64,000 bases of DNA from Thermoplasmata archaeon (GTDB lineage Archaea; Thermoplasmatota; Thermoplasmata; Lutacidiplasmatales; UBA184). The notes beneath the pieces are model-generated. The model saw nothing but the letters and a program-made list of their open reading frames with translations. It was not told the DNA's origin and did no database searches. The DNA lies in the NCBI GenBank assembly GCA_027314915.1, contig DAHUZZ010000003.1, positions 64,815-128,814 of the forward strand. The letters are read 5' to 3'. Shown in pieces: positions 34,472 through 43,550 of the stretch (its first letter is position 1; each line of letters begins with the position of its first letter). Both the position numbers and the translations under genes were made by a program.

Positions 34472-35170
34472 ATGGTCGATTTCTACAGCCGTCTCCTCGA
34501 GCTGAGGCGCGCCGAGGGCGCGAGCCGGGGGCTCGGGAAGCTCCCGCCGGACTTCTACCCGCAGGCGACCGCCTACCTGGCCGACACGCGCAAGGTCTAC
34601 GAGAACGAGCTCCGCGAGAACCCCTCCGGCAAGAAGGGGGAGGTGGCGCGGCAGACCCACTCCCGGGCGCTCCAGGTCGCCCGCGATCTCGTGGAGGCGC
34701 GCAGCTCGAAGCTCCTCTCCGCGGCCTTCCAGGCGTCCGTGGGCGGGATGCGCGAGCTCGCGAACGCCCTGCCCGAGGAGCGAGCGCAGTTCGACCGGCT
34801 CGTCGACGTGCTCCGGCAGTTCCGCTCCGCCTCGGCACCGTACCTGGAACCCACGGGGGCCGGCCCGTCGGGGGCCCCGACGCCGCCGCACCCGTCCCCC
34901 CCCGAGCCCGCCGCACGACCGCCCCTGGGGGCCCCGTCCCGCGCCCCGACGACCGTCTTCGTGCGGGTGCTCAAGGGTTCCCCGCCGGTCGAGTTCGGGG
35001 GCGAGACGGTCGAGCTCCGGGCCGAAGAGGTGCTGACGGTCGCGCCGGACCTGGCCCGGATCCTGATCGACGGCCAGCTCGCCGAGGCGATCCAGGCCTC
35101 GGAGGAGATGGGGGGTCCGCGGGCGGGCGCGGCCCCGAGCGAGCTCAAGCCGCGGCGCGGGGCGCGCTAG
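34472..35170 (+). CDS. GINS subunit (Gins51-like)
   Basis: 232 aa. Helical A-domain (FYSRLLELRRAE...LPPDFY), Pro-rich linker, and B-domain VFVRVLKGSPPVEFGGETVELRAEEVLTVAPDLARILIDGQLAE. Confidence 0.7.
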   Translation: MVDFYSRLLELRRAEGASRGLGKLPPDFYPQATAYLADTRKVYENELRENPSGKKGEVARQTHSRALQVARDLVEARSSKLLSAAFQASVGGMRELANALPEERAQFDRLVDVLRQFRSASAPYLEPTGAGPSGAPTPPHPSPPEPAARPPLGAPSRAPTTVFVRVLKGSPPVEFGGETVELRAEEVLTVAPDLARILIDGQLAEAIQASEEMGGPRAGAAPSELKPRRGAR

Positions 35171-36245
35171 CCGGGACCTCGCGCGTCGAGAGCTCCAGCA
35201 CCCGGAAGTTCCCGAAGCCGAAGAGCAGGTTCTTCACCGCGAGCTGGCGGCGCACCGCCTCTTCCGAGGTTGCGGCGTCGGCGAGGTAGGCCCGGGCCCG
35301 GGCCTCGAGCCCCCACGCGGTGAGCGCCTCCGCCTGCGGCCGATAGGCCAGCTCGACGAATCCCGCGTCCCGGGCGGCGGCCCGGAGCCGGGTGAAGTTC
35401 ACGAACACCGAGAGGTCGTGCTCGCCCGGCGCCGCAAGGGGCGTGCCGGTCTCCCGGTGGCCCCGGATCGCGGCGAGCGTCCCCTCGGAGGGCCGCCGGG
35501 TCCAGAGCGCCTCGTCCTCCCCGTAGTCGAGGAGGATCACGCCCCCGCTCCGGAGCTGGTCGGCCATCTGGCGGAGGAGCGCCTCCCCCTGGGGGGCGAA
35601 CTCGTAGGTCGCGCCCTCGACCGCGTCGGAGGGCAGGCGCGGGGGCCGCTCGGCCGGCCGGACCGGGCGCTCGGCGGGCTCGAGCTCCTCGCCGCGACGA
35701 CGCACCCCGAGCTCGACCCAGGAACCCTCGCGGGCGCGGAGCCGGCGGGGCGGGAGCGCGTCGAACAGCTCGTTCGCGATCACCACGCCGTCGAAGGTCC
35801 CCTCGGTCGCGAGCGCGTCGGTGGACCGGACCCGGACGTGGCGGAGCTCGAGCGCGCGGAGACGGGACTCGACCGAGGACCTCAACCGGCCCGAGCGCTC
35901 CACCACCGTGTAGACCCAGTCGGCGCCGTCGGGCAGGCGAGGGTCCACGGCCGCCAGTACGTCGACGGCGAGCTGCCCGTCCCCGGGCCCCAGCTCGACG
36001 ATCCGGTAGGCCGGAGGGCGCCCGGATCGCCCCCAGAGCTCGAGGAGGCGGTCGCCGAGCGCCCCGCCGAACACGGGGGCCACCCGGGGGGCGGTGTAGA
36101 AGTCGCCCTCCTTCCCGAAGATTTGGCCGGGACGGGCGTAGTACCCGAGCTCGGGATGGTAGAGCGCGAGCTCGACGAACCGGTCGAACCGGACGAAGCC
36201 GTCCGGTTCGGCCGCCGCGTCGAGGGCCTCGAGGAGCGTGGGCAC
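35145..36245 (-). CDS. SAM-dependent methyltransferase, MidA/NDUFAF7 (DUF185) family
   Basis: 366 aa. GYYAR...GDFYTAP.VAPVFG, IVELGPGDGQLA, ANELFDALP. Confidence 0.8.
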   Translation of the reverse strand: MPTLLEALDAAAEPDGFVRFDRFVELALYHPELGYYARPGQIFGKEGDFYTAPRVAPVFGGALGDRLLELWGRSGRPPAYRIVELGPGDGQLAVDVLAAVDPRLPDGADWVYTVVERSGRLRSSVESRLRALELRHVRVRSTDALATEGTFDGVVIANELFDALPPRRLRAREGSWVELGVRRRGEELEPAERPVRPAERPPRLPSDAVEGATYEFAPQGEALLRQMADQLRSGGVILLDYGEDEALWTRRPSEGTLAAIRGHRETGTPLAAPGEHDLSVFVNFTRLRAAARDAGFVELAYRPQAEALTAWGLEARARAYLADAATSEEAVRRQLAVKNLLFGFGNFRVLELSTREVPASAPRAAA

Positions 36246-36272
36246 CGGTCCCCTCCTCTGGCCCCGGGCGGT

Positions 36273-37085
36273 TCAGCCGATGTACCCCAGGTCCTCGCGC
36301 GGGGCGCTCGGCTGCGGGCCGGAGGGCTTCTGCTCGGCCTCGTGGATCTTCTGGGCGATCCGGTCGATCTCGCGCGCCTTCTCCTCGAGGTCCGAGAGGT
36401 CGAGCTCGAGGTTGAGGATCTTCATGAGCACCTTGAGCACCGCCTCCGCGCTGCGGGGATCGACGAAGTAGCCGGAGGTCTCGCCCATGAGGCAGGCCCC
36501 CTCCATCTCGAAGAGCCGGCCCAGCCCGAGGAAGAGGCCGCTCGCCCCGATGAGCCCCCCGCCCGGGTCGTTGCGCGAGAAGACCACACCGTGCTTCTTC
36601 ATCGCCTCGACCTTCGCGGAGTTGGTGGCGGCGCCGAGGACGCGCGGCGACTCGACCAAGTGCCCCTGCGCGAACCCGGCGAGGGTGTACAGCTCGCGCA
36701 CCCCCATCCCGCCGACGAGGCTCAGCACCCGCTCGGTGAGCTCGTACTGGCCCTCGGGCGAGATCCCCTGGTAGTCGCCCCCCAGAAGGATGAGGTCGCG
36801 CTGGCCGGTACCCTGCGCACGGTAGTAGGAGAGCTCGTTCGACACGAGCCGGATCGTGCCGTCCTCGTTGACGTAGACCTGGGGCGGGAAGAACTTCGAA
36901 TGGACCGTGGCGAAGCTCTTCGCGGGGAGCTTCTCCTTCAGGTAGTCGGCCGCCAGCTTTCCAACGTTGCCGACGCCGGGCAGCCCCTCGATGAGGATCG
37001 GATCCTTGAGCTTGACCTGCTCGTGGATCCGGATGACCACATCCTCCACGCGATTCCCCTCGTCGGTACGACACGGGGGCGACAC
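36273..37085 (-). CDS. PAC2-family proteasome assembly chaperone-like protein
   Basis: 270 aa. ILIEGLPGVGNVGKLAADYL and GETSGY blocks typical of archaeal PAC2/PbaA-like proteins. Confidence 0.8.
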   Translation of the reverse strand: MSPPCRTDEGNRVEDVVIRIHEQVKLKDPILIEGLPGVGNVGKLAADYLKEKLPAKSFATVHSKFFPPQVYVNEDGTIRLVSNELSYYRAQGTGQRDLILLGGDYQGISPEGQYELTERVLSLVGGMGVRELYTLAGFAQGHLVESPRVLGAATNSAKVEAMKKHGVVFSRNDPGGGLIGASGLFLGLGRLFEMEGACLMGETSGYFVDPRSAEAVLKVLMKILNLELDLSDLEEKAREIDRIAQKIHEAEQKPSGPQPSAPREDLGYIG

Positions 37086-37193
37086 TTAACGATTCGGGCG
37101 CGCGCGGCGGCCTTGCTTACGCGGACGAAACCACCCCGCCGATCGGCGGGCCGACCCGGTCCTTCCGCGGAGGTCGCGCCGCTCGGGCGCGCC

Positions 37194-37949
37194 CTAGAGC
37201 GGCACGACCTCGATCCCCTTCTCTCCGACCGAGGCGCGGTAGATGCGGGCGAGCTCGGGGTGGTTCCGGACCTTGCGGACGATGATCTTGGGCGCGATCA
37301 CGCTCTCCTGCTCCTCGAGCTCGGAGGCGAGGACGAAGTCCGCGACGAGCTCGAGCAAGGCGAGGGTGCGGAGCTCGGGCACCTCGGGACGGACCACGAC
37401 GAGCGCGCTGCCCCCCACGGCCGCGGCGCGTTCGCGGATCTGGCGCGCGAACCGCTCCGCCCCGGCGGCGCCGAGCTCGTCCAGGAGCGGATCGATCGAG
37501 TCGAGGACGTACCGGAAGGGGCCGTCGAGCGGCGCGATGTCGGTCACGAGCCGCCCCCCCACCGCGGGGGGCGCCCGTCGCGGGGCGGCGCCGCCCACCT
37601 CCACCTGCGCTTCGGCCAGGGTGAGCCCCTTGGCGCGCGCCCGCGCGACCGCGAGCTCACGGTGGAGCAGGTCGGACCAGAGCTCCTGTTCGAGGTCGAT
37701 GACGTTCACCCCGGAGGATTCCCACCCGAGCGCGTCGAAGGCCCGGGTCACCTCGGCGGCCGTTTCGTGGGTCGCGTAGTAGTACACGGGGACGGACGCG
37801 GCGCCGGCGTGCGCGGCCTGCTTCGCGAGGAGGTGGCCCAGCCCGCCGCCGTCGTCCTCGATGAGCCCGAGCCAGCCGGCGGGCAGCGCGGACTCGAGCG
37901 GGCGATCCAGCTCGGGTAGGTCGAAGATCGGCACGCGTCCGCCGCTCAC
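37194..37949 (-). CDS. KaiC/RecA-like protein with degenerate Walker A
   Basis: 251 aa. Colinear with the KaiC-like fold, but the P-loop position reads IEDDGGGLGHLL (no GK[ST]). GTG start in a GTGA overlap with the upstream stop. Confidence 0.7.
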   Translation of the reverse strand: MSGGRVPIFDLPELDRPLESALPAGWLGLIEDDGGGLGHLLAKQAAHAGAASVPVYYYATHETAAEVTRAFDALGWESSGVNVIDLEQELWSDLLHRELAVARARAKGLTLAEAQVEVGGAAPRRAPPAVGGRLVTDIAPLDGPFRYVLDSIDPLLDELGAAGAERFARQIRERAAAVGGSALVVVRPEVPELRTLALLELVADFVLASELEEQESVIAPKIIVRKVRNHPELARIYRASVGEKGIEVVPL

Positions 37950-38539
37950 ATCCCTCCCGAGTCGGCGCGCACCTCGATCGTCTCGTCCACGGTGAGGGCG
38001 AGGATCTGGTCGACGAACGTGGCGGACTCCTCGCTCACGGCGAGGAGCACCGTGAGCACCTGGCGGGCCTTGAGGTTGTTGAGCAGGATGTGGAAGAACT
38101 CGCTGAGGAGCGCCGGGGGGTTGTGGATCGCGAGGGCGTTCACCGAGTCGATGATGACCACGGGCCGCTTGCTCGGGTGCTTCTTGAGCAGGTACTCGAC
38201 CCGCAGCATGATGTTCTCGAGCATCCGCGGGCTCTCGATGTAGGAGGCGTTCTCGAGGGGGTTGCGGAAGTCCATCATGATGTGGCTGATGGCGTCCACG
38301 AAGCTCAGCCGGTCGGCCGGAACGTCGAGCGCCTGGGCGATCGTCCAGATGAGCGAGGCGGGGTTCGTCACCGAGACGTAGATGGTGTGGCCGTCCACCT
38401 CGACGTTCCCGCCCTGGATGGTCGCGTTGAGCGCGAGGAGGTAGTTGTCGGCGTAGTTCTCCGGCGCGAGCTTGAGCGCGACCGCGCTCCCGCCCGAGAG
38501 CTCCCGGAGGCGGTCGCCGAGGTCCGATTCGCGCGACAC
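37946..38539 (-). CDS. P-loop-less KaiC/RecA-like (DUF835-like) protein
   Basis: 197 aa. No Walker A. Retains the Walker-B-like strand RPVVIIDSVNAL and the downstream VLTVLLAV strand. Confidence 0.65.
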   Translation of the reverse strand: MSRESDLGDRLRELSGGSAVALKLAPENYADNYLLALNATIQGGNVEVDGHTIYVSVTNPASLIWTIAQALDVPADRLSFVDAISHIMMDFRNPLENASYIESPRMLENIMLRVEYLLKKHPSKRPVVIIDSVNALAIHNPPALLSEFFHILLNNLKARQVLTVLLAVSEESATFVDQILALTVDETIEVRADSGGM

Positions 38540-38542
38540 GGC

Positions 38543-39319
38543 CTACCCTTCCTCGGTGAGGCCGCCCTTGAGGTGGGGCGCCAGCAGGAGGCCGATGGGC
38601 GTCATCTCGACGACGTACTGCGCCCGGGAATGGGGGGTGCCGCGCATCTTGATCACCTGCAGGACCCGCAGGATGTCACCGTGCCGCCGGGCGTTGCCGA
38701 GGAGGAAGAGCCCGTCGACGATCGCCTCCTCGACCCCCCGGAGGGAGTAGCGGCCGGCGCCCGGCCCGATCTCCGAGACGAGCAGCGTGGTGCAGTTGTG
38801 CGCCGCCAGGATCTGCGAGAGTTTGAGCATGAAATCCCGGACCCGCTCCTCGCGCTGGATGCGGTAGGCGAAGCTCGTGAGCGAGTCGAGCACGACGCGC
38901 TCCGCCTTGGACTCGGTGAGGAACCCTTCGAGCGTCTGGAGGAAGAGCTGGATCTCGTCCGGCCGCATCTCCTCGTGGTCGAGCCCGAGCTTGTCGTAGA
39001 GCACCGGGATGTCGACCAGGAGGAGCTTCCCCGAGGTGATGAGCTCGGGACGGAAGAACTCGAAGGAGCGCATGTTCTCGATGAGCTTCGAGGTGGGCTC
39101 GGTCACCGAGAGGAACAGCGAGCGCTCCCCGCGCTCCGCCCCGTGGATCAGGAACTCGAGCGAGAGGGTGGTCTTCCCGGTCCCGACGCTGCCGGCCACG
39201 AGCACGGTGTTGCCCCGGGGGATCCCGCCCTCGAGGATGTTGTCGAGCGCCTCGATACCGGTCGGGCACCGGTCGCGAGCCGTCCCCGCCGGAGCGGCGC
39301 CGGAATCGCCCGCGGCCAT
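38543..39319 (-). CDS. KaiC-like RecA-superfamily ATPase (intact motifs)
   Basis: 258 aa. TGIEALDNILEGGIPRGNTVLVAGSVGTGKTTLSLEF (Walker A) and ERVVLDSLTS (Walker B). Confidence 0.85.
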   Translation of the reverse strand: MAAGDSGAAPAGTARDRCPTGIEALDNILEGGIPRGNTVLVAGSVGTGKTTLSLEFLIHGAERGERSLFLSVTEPTSKLIENMRSFEFFRPELITSGKLLLVDIPVLYDKLGLDHEEMRPDEIQLFLQTLEGFLTESKAERVVLDSLTSFAYRIQREERVRDFMLKLSQILAAHNCTTLLVSEIGPGAGRYSLRGVEEAIVDGLFLLGNARRHGDILRVLQVIKMRGTPHSRAQYVVEMTPIGLLLAPHLKGGLTEEG

Positions 39320-39343
39320 GCCGGAAAATGGGAGTGCCGCGCG

Positions 39344-41914
39344 CTAATGGCCTTTGTCACCGTCGCGCCGTATATCTCCGACCGCGGGGCGGAGGAGGAG
39401 CGCCTCGAGCCCCGGGCGCTCCTCCGGCGTGGGGGGCGGGATCCCCGGCTCCCCGTGCTCCGGCGCCTGAAGCCACCAGACCGTCCCCGCGGGGTCGGTC
39501 GTGCTGCGGAGGAGCAGCCCGGAGCGCTTGAGCTCGGAGCCGAGCGCCCGGCCGGATTCGGAATCGAGACCCAGGAATTCCCGGAGCCGGGGCAACGACA
39601 GTGGGAGCACATGGCCCGGAGGCTCCTGGCCGAGGAGCTCCCGCACGAAGAGGAGCGCGGTGCGGAGGCTCGCGTCGGGGCGGAGCTCGGCCGTTCCTCG
39701 GGCCGGGCCCGGCGAGGGGGGGGCCGCCGGAGAGGTCTCCTCCGGTTCGGCGACGGATCCCCAGCGCGCGAGGGTCCGCTGGCGGGCGCGGCCCCGGCGC
39801 TCGGCGCCCAGCTCGGCGGGAGGGAGCGGCCGGATGGCGACCCAGTCGACGGAGTTCCCCTTCCCGATGAGCACCGCGGCCTGTCCGCGCGGCAACCCGC
39901 TCAGCCGGTCCACCGTCAGCGGCTCGGCCCAGCGCGAGAACCGGTGGGCCTCTTCCGGATCCCCCCGGAAGAGGATCAGGTCCGCGCTGTTCGTCACGAG
40001 CGCCTCGTGCAGCTCCGGCCCCATCGACCGGAGCGCCTGGGTCGCGGTCCAGACGTGGATGTTGCCCCGACGTCCGAGGCGGAGGAGCTCGAGCAGGCCA
40101 TCGTGGGCGTACCATTGGGCCTCGTCGAGCGCGAGGAACACCTTCTCCGGCCGCGGCCGGGCCAGAAGCTCGCTCCAGACGAGCGCGAGGTCGACGGACA
40201 GGAGCTGCCGGGCGGTCGCCTCGCCGACGACGGGCGCCTCGCCGGTGATCACCGTGATGCTCCGGGGTTCCCCCGCCTGCTTGAGCTCGTAGCGCGCCCC
40301 CGCATCGCAGAGCATGCGGCGGAGGACCCGGTTCCGGGCGATCTCCCCGAGCACCCGCCGGCTGCCGGCCACCTCCTCGGGCCGCTCCCGCGCGAGCCCC
40401 CGCAACGACTCGACGGCGCCACGGAGCCCGGAGGGCACCTCGAAGGGGAGGGAGCGCTCCAGCGCGAGGAGCTCGTGGGCTTCGACCAGGGTGCCCCGGG
40501 GGAGCCGGGCCGCGAGCGCGAGGGTCCGGGTCAGGACCTCCTCGATCCGGGGCCCCCAGAAACCCGGGTCGGAGAAGTGCTGGCCCCGTACCCGTCGCAG
40601 GGCGGCGACGAGCTCGTGGAGCGCCCGATCGGAGGGGCCCGCCCCCCCGGCCGCCGCCTGGACGGGTCGGAGCGCGTTGAGGCCCACCGGCGATTCCGTG
40701 GGCGAGATCCAGGTGACCCGGTCGAGGAGCTCCGGCGTGAGACCCGCGAGGAAGCGGCGACCGGTGTCGCCGATCGGATCGAGGAGGAGGACCGATCCCC
40801 AGCGGACCGCCCCGGTCAGCAGCCGGATCAGGAGGCTGCTCTTTCCCATCCCCGTCTCGCCGAGGATGAGCACATGCCGCCCCTGGTCCGGCTCGATCGG
40901 CAGTTGGCTTCGCCGCCCCCGGCTGCCGATCCCGAAGGGCAGTCCACCGGCGATCGGGTCGGACTCCGGACCCCCGGCGCTCCGGACCCAGGGTGCGGGG
41001 AAGATGCCCGCCATCTCGGGCTCGGAGAGGAGGATCCACCCGGGGCGGGTGCGGAACCCCCGCATCGGGCGGAGGAACCGGAGGCCGTTCCCCCCCTCGA
41101 GCCGGACGGTCGCGCTCAGGATCCCCGCGACCCGATCGGCCAGGAGCTCCGCGCTCGCCCCTCGCGCTCGTACCTCGACCCGGGCGCCCCAGGGCAGCGC
41201 GCTCCGGCGCGCCTCGCTGCCCTCCCGCACCGCGCGTTCCCACGCCGTGATGAGCGCCGGCCGGACGGGCCCCGCCGCCCGGGCCGCGGTCGGGGCCGAT
41301 TCGGCGTAGAGCGGCGAGATCCGGTTCGGCACGCGCCCCGGCCGCAGCTCCCAGACGACGTCGACCCCCGGGGCCACGGCGGTCAACCCGAGCAGCGCGG
41401 CATCCGACCACGGCGGGCGGTCGACGGCGAACGGAAGGGGCAGGGCGACCGGGCCGGCCAGGCCGCCGAAGCGGACCGACGGAGCGAAGGGATCGTCCCG
41501 GACGGTGTCCACGACCCAGTGGCCCGGCGGGTAGGCCGGCAGGACGGTCTCCCGGAACCAGGCGGCTGCCGCGGGGTCCCCGGCCGTCGCGCGTACCCCT
41601 CCCGTCGGTCCCGAGGTCCAGCGGAACGCGAACCCGAAGGCGCCTCCGCTCGCCACCCGGAGCGCCGAACGGATCTGGTCCCGGAACCGCCGTTCCTCCT
41701 CGAAGGACGGCGTTCGGGGATGCGGGCGGAACCGCCAGCCCCACGTGGGGGTTCGGACCTCGGCGGGGAGCGTGGCAAGGGCCACGGCGGGCGACTCGCC
41801 GACCTGCCCCAAGTGCCCGACGCCGCCGACGAACGCTGGACGATGCCCGTCCCGTGCGGGGCGCGCGGCCGGGACACGTTCAAGTAGCCCGGCGCTCCCG
41901 TCGGGGCGGTCCAC
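39344..41914 (-). CDS. FtsK/HerA/VirD4-like (DUF87/TraD-type) P-loop ATPase with large N-terminal domain and C-terminal wHTH-like tail
   Basis: 856 aa. Walker A HVLILGETGMGKSSLL followed by LLLDPIGD, Walker B VFLALDEAQWY, then VWTATQ. The start is uncertain because 41914 overlaps the divergent DRG region. Confidence 0.8.
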   Translation of the reverse strand: MDRPDGSAGLLERVPAARPARDGHRPAFVGGVGHLGQVGESPAVALATLPAEVRTPTWGWRFRPHPRTPSFEEERRFRDQIRSALRVASGGAFGFAFRWTSGPTGGVRATAGDPAAAAWFRETVLPAYPPGHWVVDTVRDDPFAPSVRFGGLAGPVALPLPFAVDRPPWSDAALLGLTAVAPGVDVVWELRPGRVPNRISPLYAESAPTAARAAGPVRPALITAWERAVREGSEARRSALPWGARVEVRARGASAELLADRVAGILSATVRLEGGNGLRFLRPMRGFRTRPGWILLSEPEMAGIFPAPWVRSAGGPESDPIAGGLPFGIGSRGRRSQLPIEPDQGRHVLILGETGMGKSSLLIRLLTGAVRWGSVLLLDPIGDTGRRFLAGLTPELLDRVTWISPTESPVGLNALRPVQAAAGGAGPSDRALHELVAALRRVRGQHFSDPGFWGPRIEEVLTRTLALAARLPRGTLVEAHELLALERSLPFEVPSGLRGAVESLRGLARERPEEVAGSRRVLGEIARNRVLRRMLCDAGARYELKQAGEPRSITVITGEAPVVGEATARQLLSVDLALVWSELLARPRPEKVFLALDEAQWYAHDGLLELLRLGRRGNIHVWTATQALRSMGPELHEALVTNSADLILFRGDPEEAHRFSRWAEPLTVDRLSGLPRGQAAVLIGKGNSVDWVAIRPLPPAELGAERRGRARQRTLARWGSVAEPEETSPAAPPSPGPARGTAELRPDASLRTALLFVRELLGQEPPGHVLPLSLPRLREFLGLDSESGRALGSELKRSGLLLRSTTDPAGTVWWLQAPEHGEPGIPPPTPEERPGLEALLLRPAVGDIRRDGDKGH

Positions 41915-41922
41915 GGACGCGG

Positions 41923-43044
41923 ATGTCGTCGCTCGAAGAACAGATCGCGGAGATCGAGGAGGAGATCCGCTCCACCCAGTACAACAAGGCGACCCAGCTG
42001 CACGTCGGCCGGCTCCGGGCCAAGCTCGCGGTCCTCCGTCTGGAACGCGAGAAGCGTGCGCACGCGAAAGGCGGCGGGGGACTCGGGTACGCCGTCCGGA
42101 AGAGCGGCCATGCGACCGTCGGCCTGGTCGGGTACCCCTCCGTCGGCAAGTCGACGCTCCTCAATGCGATCACCGGCGCCGAGAGCGAGATCGGGGCCTA
42201 CGACTTCACGACGCTCTCGATCATCCCCGGCATGCTCCGCTACCAGGGCGCGTCGATCCAGATCCTCGACATGCCCGGGCTGGTCCCGGGGGCGGCCAAG
42301 GGGCGGGGGCGCGGCCGGGAGGTCCTGAGCGTCGTCCGGTCCGTCGAGCTCATCCTCTTCCTGATCGACAAGGATCACACCGACTTCAAGGGCCTCGTCG
42401 ATGAGCTCGAGAACGCCGGGATCCGGATCAACGGGCGACCGCCCAAGATCGTGGTGACCCCGGCCGACCGGGGCGGCGTCACGGTCTCGAGCACCGTGCG
42501 GATCACGCACCTCGCGGACGGCATCGCGGCCCAGATCGTCCGCGAGTTCGGGATCCACAACGGGAGCGTGATCCTGCGGGAGGATGCCACCGCGGACCAG
42601 CTCATCGACGTGCTCGCCGGCAACCGGGTGTACGTCCGGGCCATCCTCGGGGTCAACAAGTCCGACCTCCTGACCCGCCCCGAGATGGAGGCGCTCAAGG
42701 CGCGGCTCAAGCCCTTCGTGCCCGTGTTCGTCTCCGCGCGCTCCCGTCAGGGGATGGCCGAGCTCGTCAACGCCGTGGGGAAGGCGCTCGAGTTCATCCG
42801 GGTGTACCTCAAGCCCCCCGGCCGCGAGGCGGACCTCGAGGAGCCCATCATCCTGCGTCGCGGGGACCGGGTCGAGGACCTGCTCCGGCGCCTTCCCACC
42901 GACCTGGGCGTCCAGTTCAAGTCCGCCCTCGTCTGGGGCCGCAGCGCCCGCTTCCCCGGCCAGACCGTCGGCCGGGAGCACCTCCTCGCCGACGAGGACC
43001 TGATCACGATCGTCATCCAGCGGGGCTCCCGGCCCGGGGGATGA
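41923..43044 (+). CDS. DRG-family GTPase (OBG-like, C-terminal TGS domain)
   Basis: 373 aa. G1 GYPSVGKST, G3 DMPGL, G4 NKSD. N-terminal EEIRSTQYNKATQLHVGRLRAKLA is typical of DRG/Rbg. Confidence 0.9.
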   Translation: MSSLEEQIAEIEEEIRSTQYNKATQLHVGRLRAKLAVLRLEREKRAHAKGGGGLGYAVRKSGHATVGLVGYPSVGKSTLLNAITGAESEIGAYDFTTLSIIPGMLRYQGASIQILDMPGLVPGAAKGRGRGREVLSVVRSVELILFLIDKDHTDFKGLVDELENAGIRINGRPPKIVVTPADRGGVTVSSTVRITHLADGIAAQIVREFGIHNGSVILREDATADQLIDVLAGNRVYVRAILGVNKSDLLTRPEMEALKARLKPFVPVFVSARSRQGMAELVNAVGKALEFIRVYLKPPGREADLEEPIILRRGDRVEDLLRRLPTDLGVQFKSALVWGRSARFPGQTVGREHLLADEDLITIVIQRGSRPGG

Positions 43045-43076
43045 GCTGACCCCGGGGCGGGGGCTCCCAAGGGATT

Positions 43077-43550
43077 ATGGACGCAGGACGACCTCGGGCT
43101 ACCGTGGACCGCCCCGCGCGCGCGCCGGCCCCACCCCCGGGCTGCGTCTTCTGCTCGATCGTGGCCCGCCGGGCCCCGGCGCACATCGTGGGCGAGTCCG
43201 GTTCGGCGCTCGCCTTCCTGACCATCGGCCCCCTGCGGGAGGGCCACGCGCTCGTCGTGCCCAAGCGCCACGTGGTCGAGCTCACCGATGCCTCGAGCAC
43301 CGAGGCTTCCGAGCTGCTGGCGCTCGGGACCCGGATCGCCGAGCTCCAGCGGCGGCGGCTCGGCTCCCAGGGCGAGACGCTGTTCCTGATGAGCGGACGG
43401 GCCGGCGAGCAGGGCGTGCTGCACCTCCACCTGCACGTCGTCCCCCGGTCCGACGGGGATGGGCTCGATCTGAACCGGTGGTGGAACGAGCGGGTAGCCA
43501 CCGCGAGCCCCCTCGCGCTCGAAGCGGTCGCCCGGCGGCTCAGGACCTGA
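43077..43550 (+). CDS. HIT-family nucleotide hydrolase/transferase
   Basis: CVFCSIV...GHALVVPKRH...HLHLHVVP histidine triad. The exact start is uncertain. Confidence 0.85.
   Translation: MDAGRPRATVDRPARAPAPPPGCVFCSIVARRAPAHIVGESGSALAFLTIGPLREGHALVVPKRHVVELTDASSTEASELLALGTRIAELQRRRLGSQGETLFLMSGRAGEQGVLHLHLHVVPRSDGDGLDLNRWWNERVATASPLALEAVARRLRT

Noticed and set aside
38090-41887. 1265-aa plus-strand ORF and 795-aa minus-strand ORF (39357-41744) across the KaiC/translocase operon
   Set aside because: They have shadow-frame composition. The chosen frames carry clear Walker A/B motifs.
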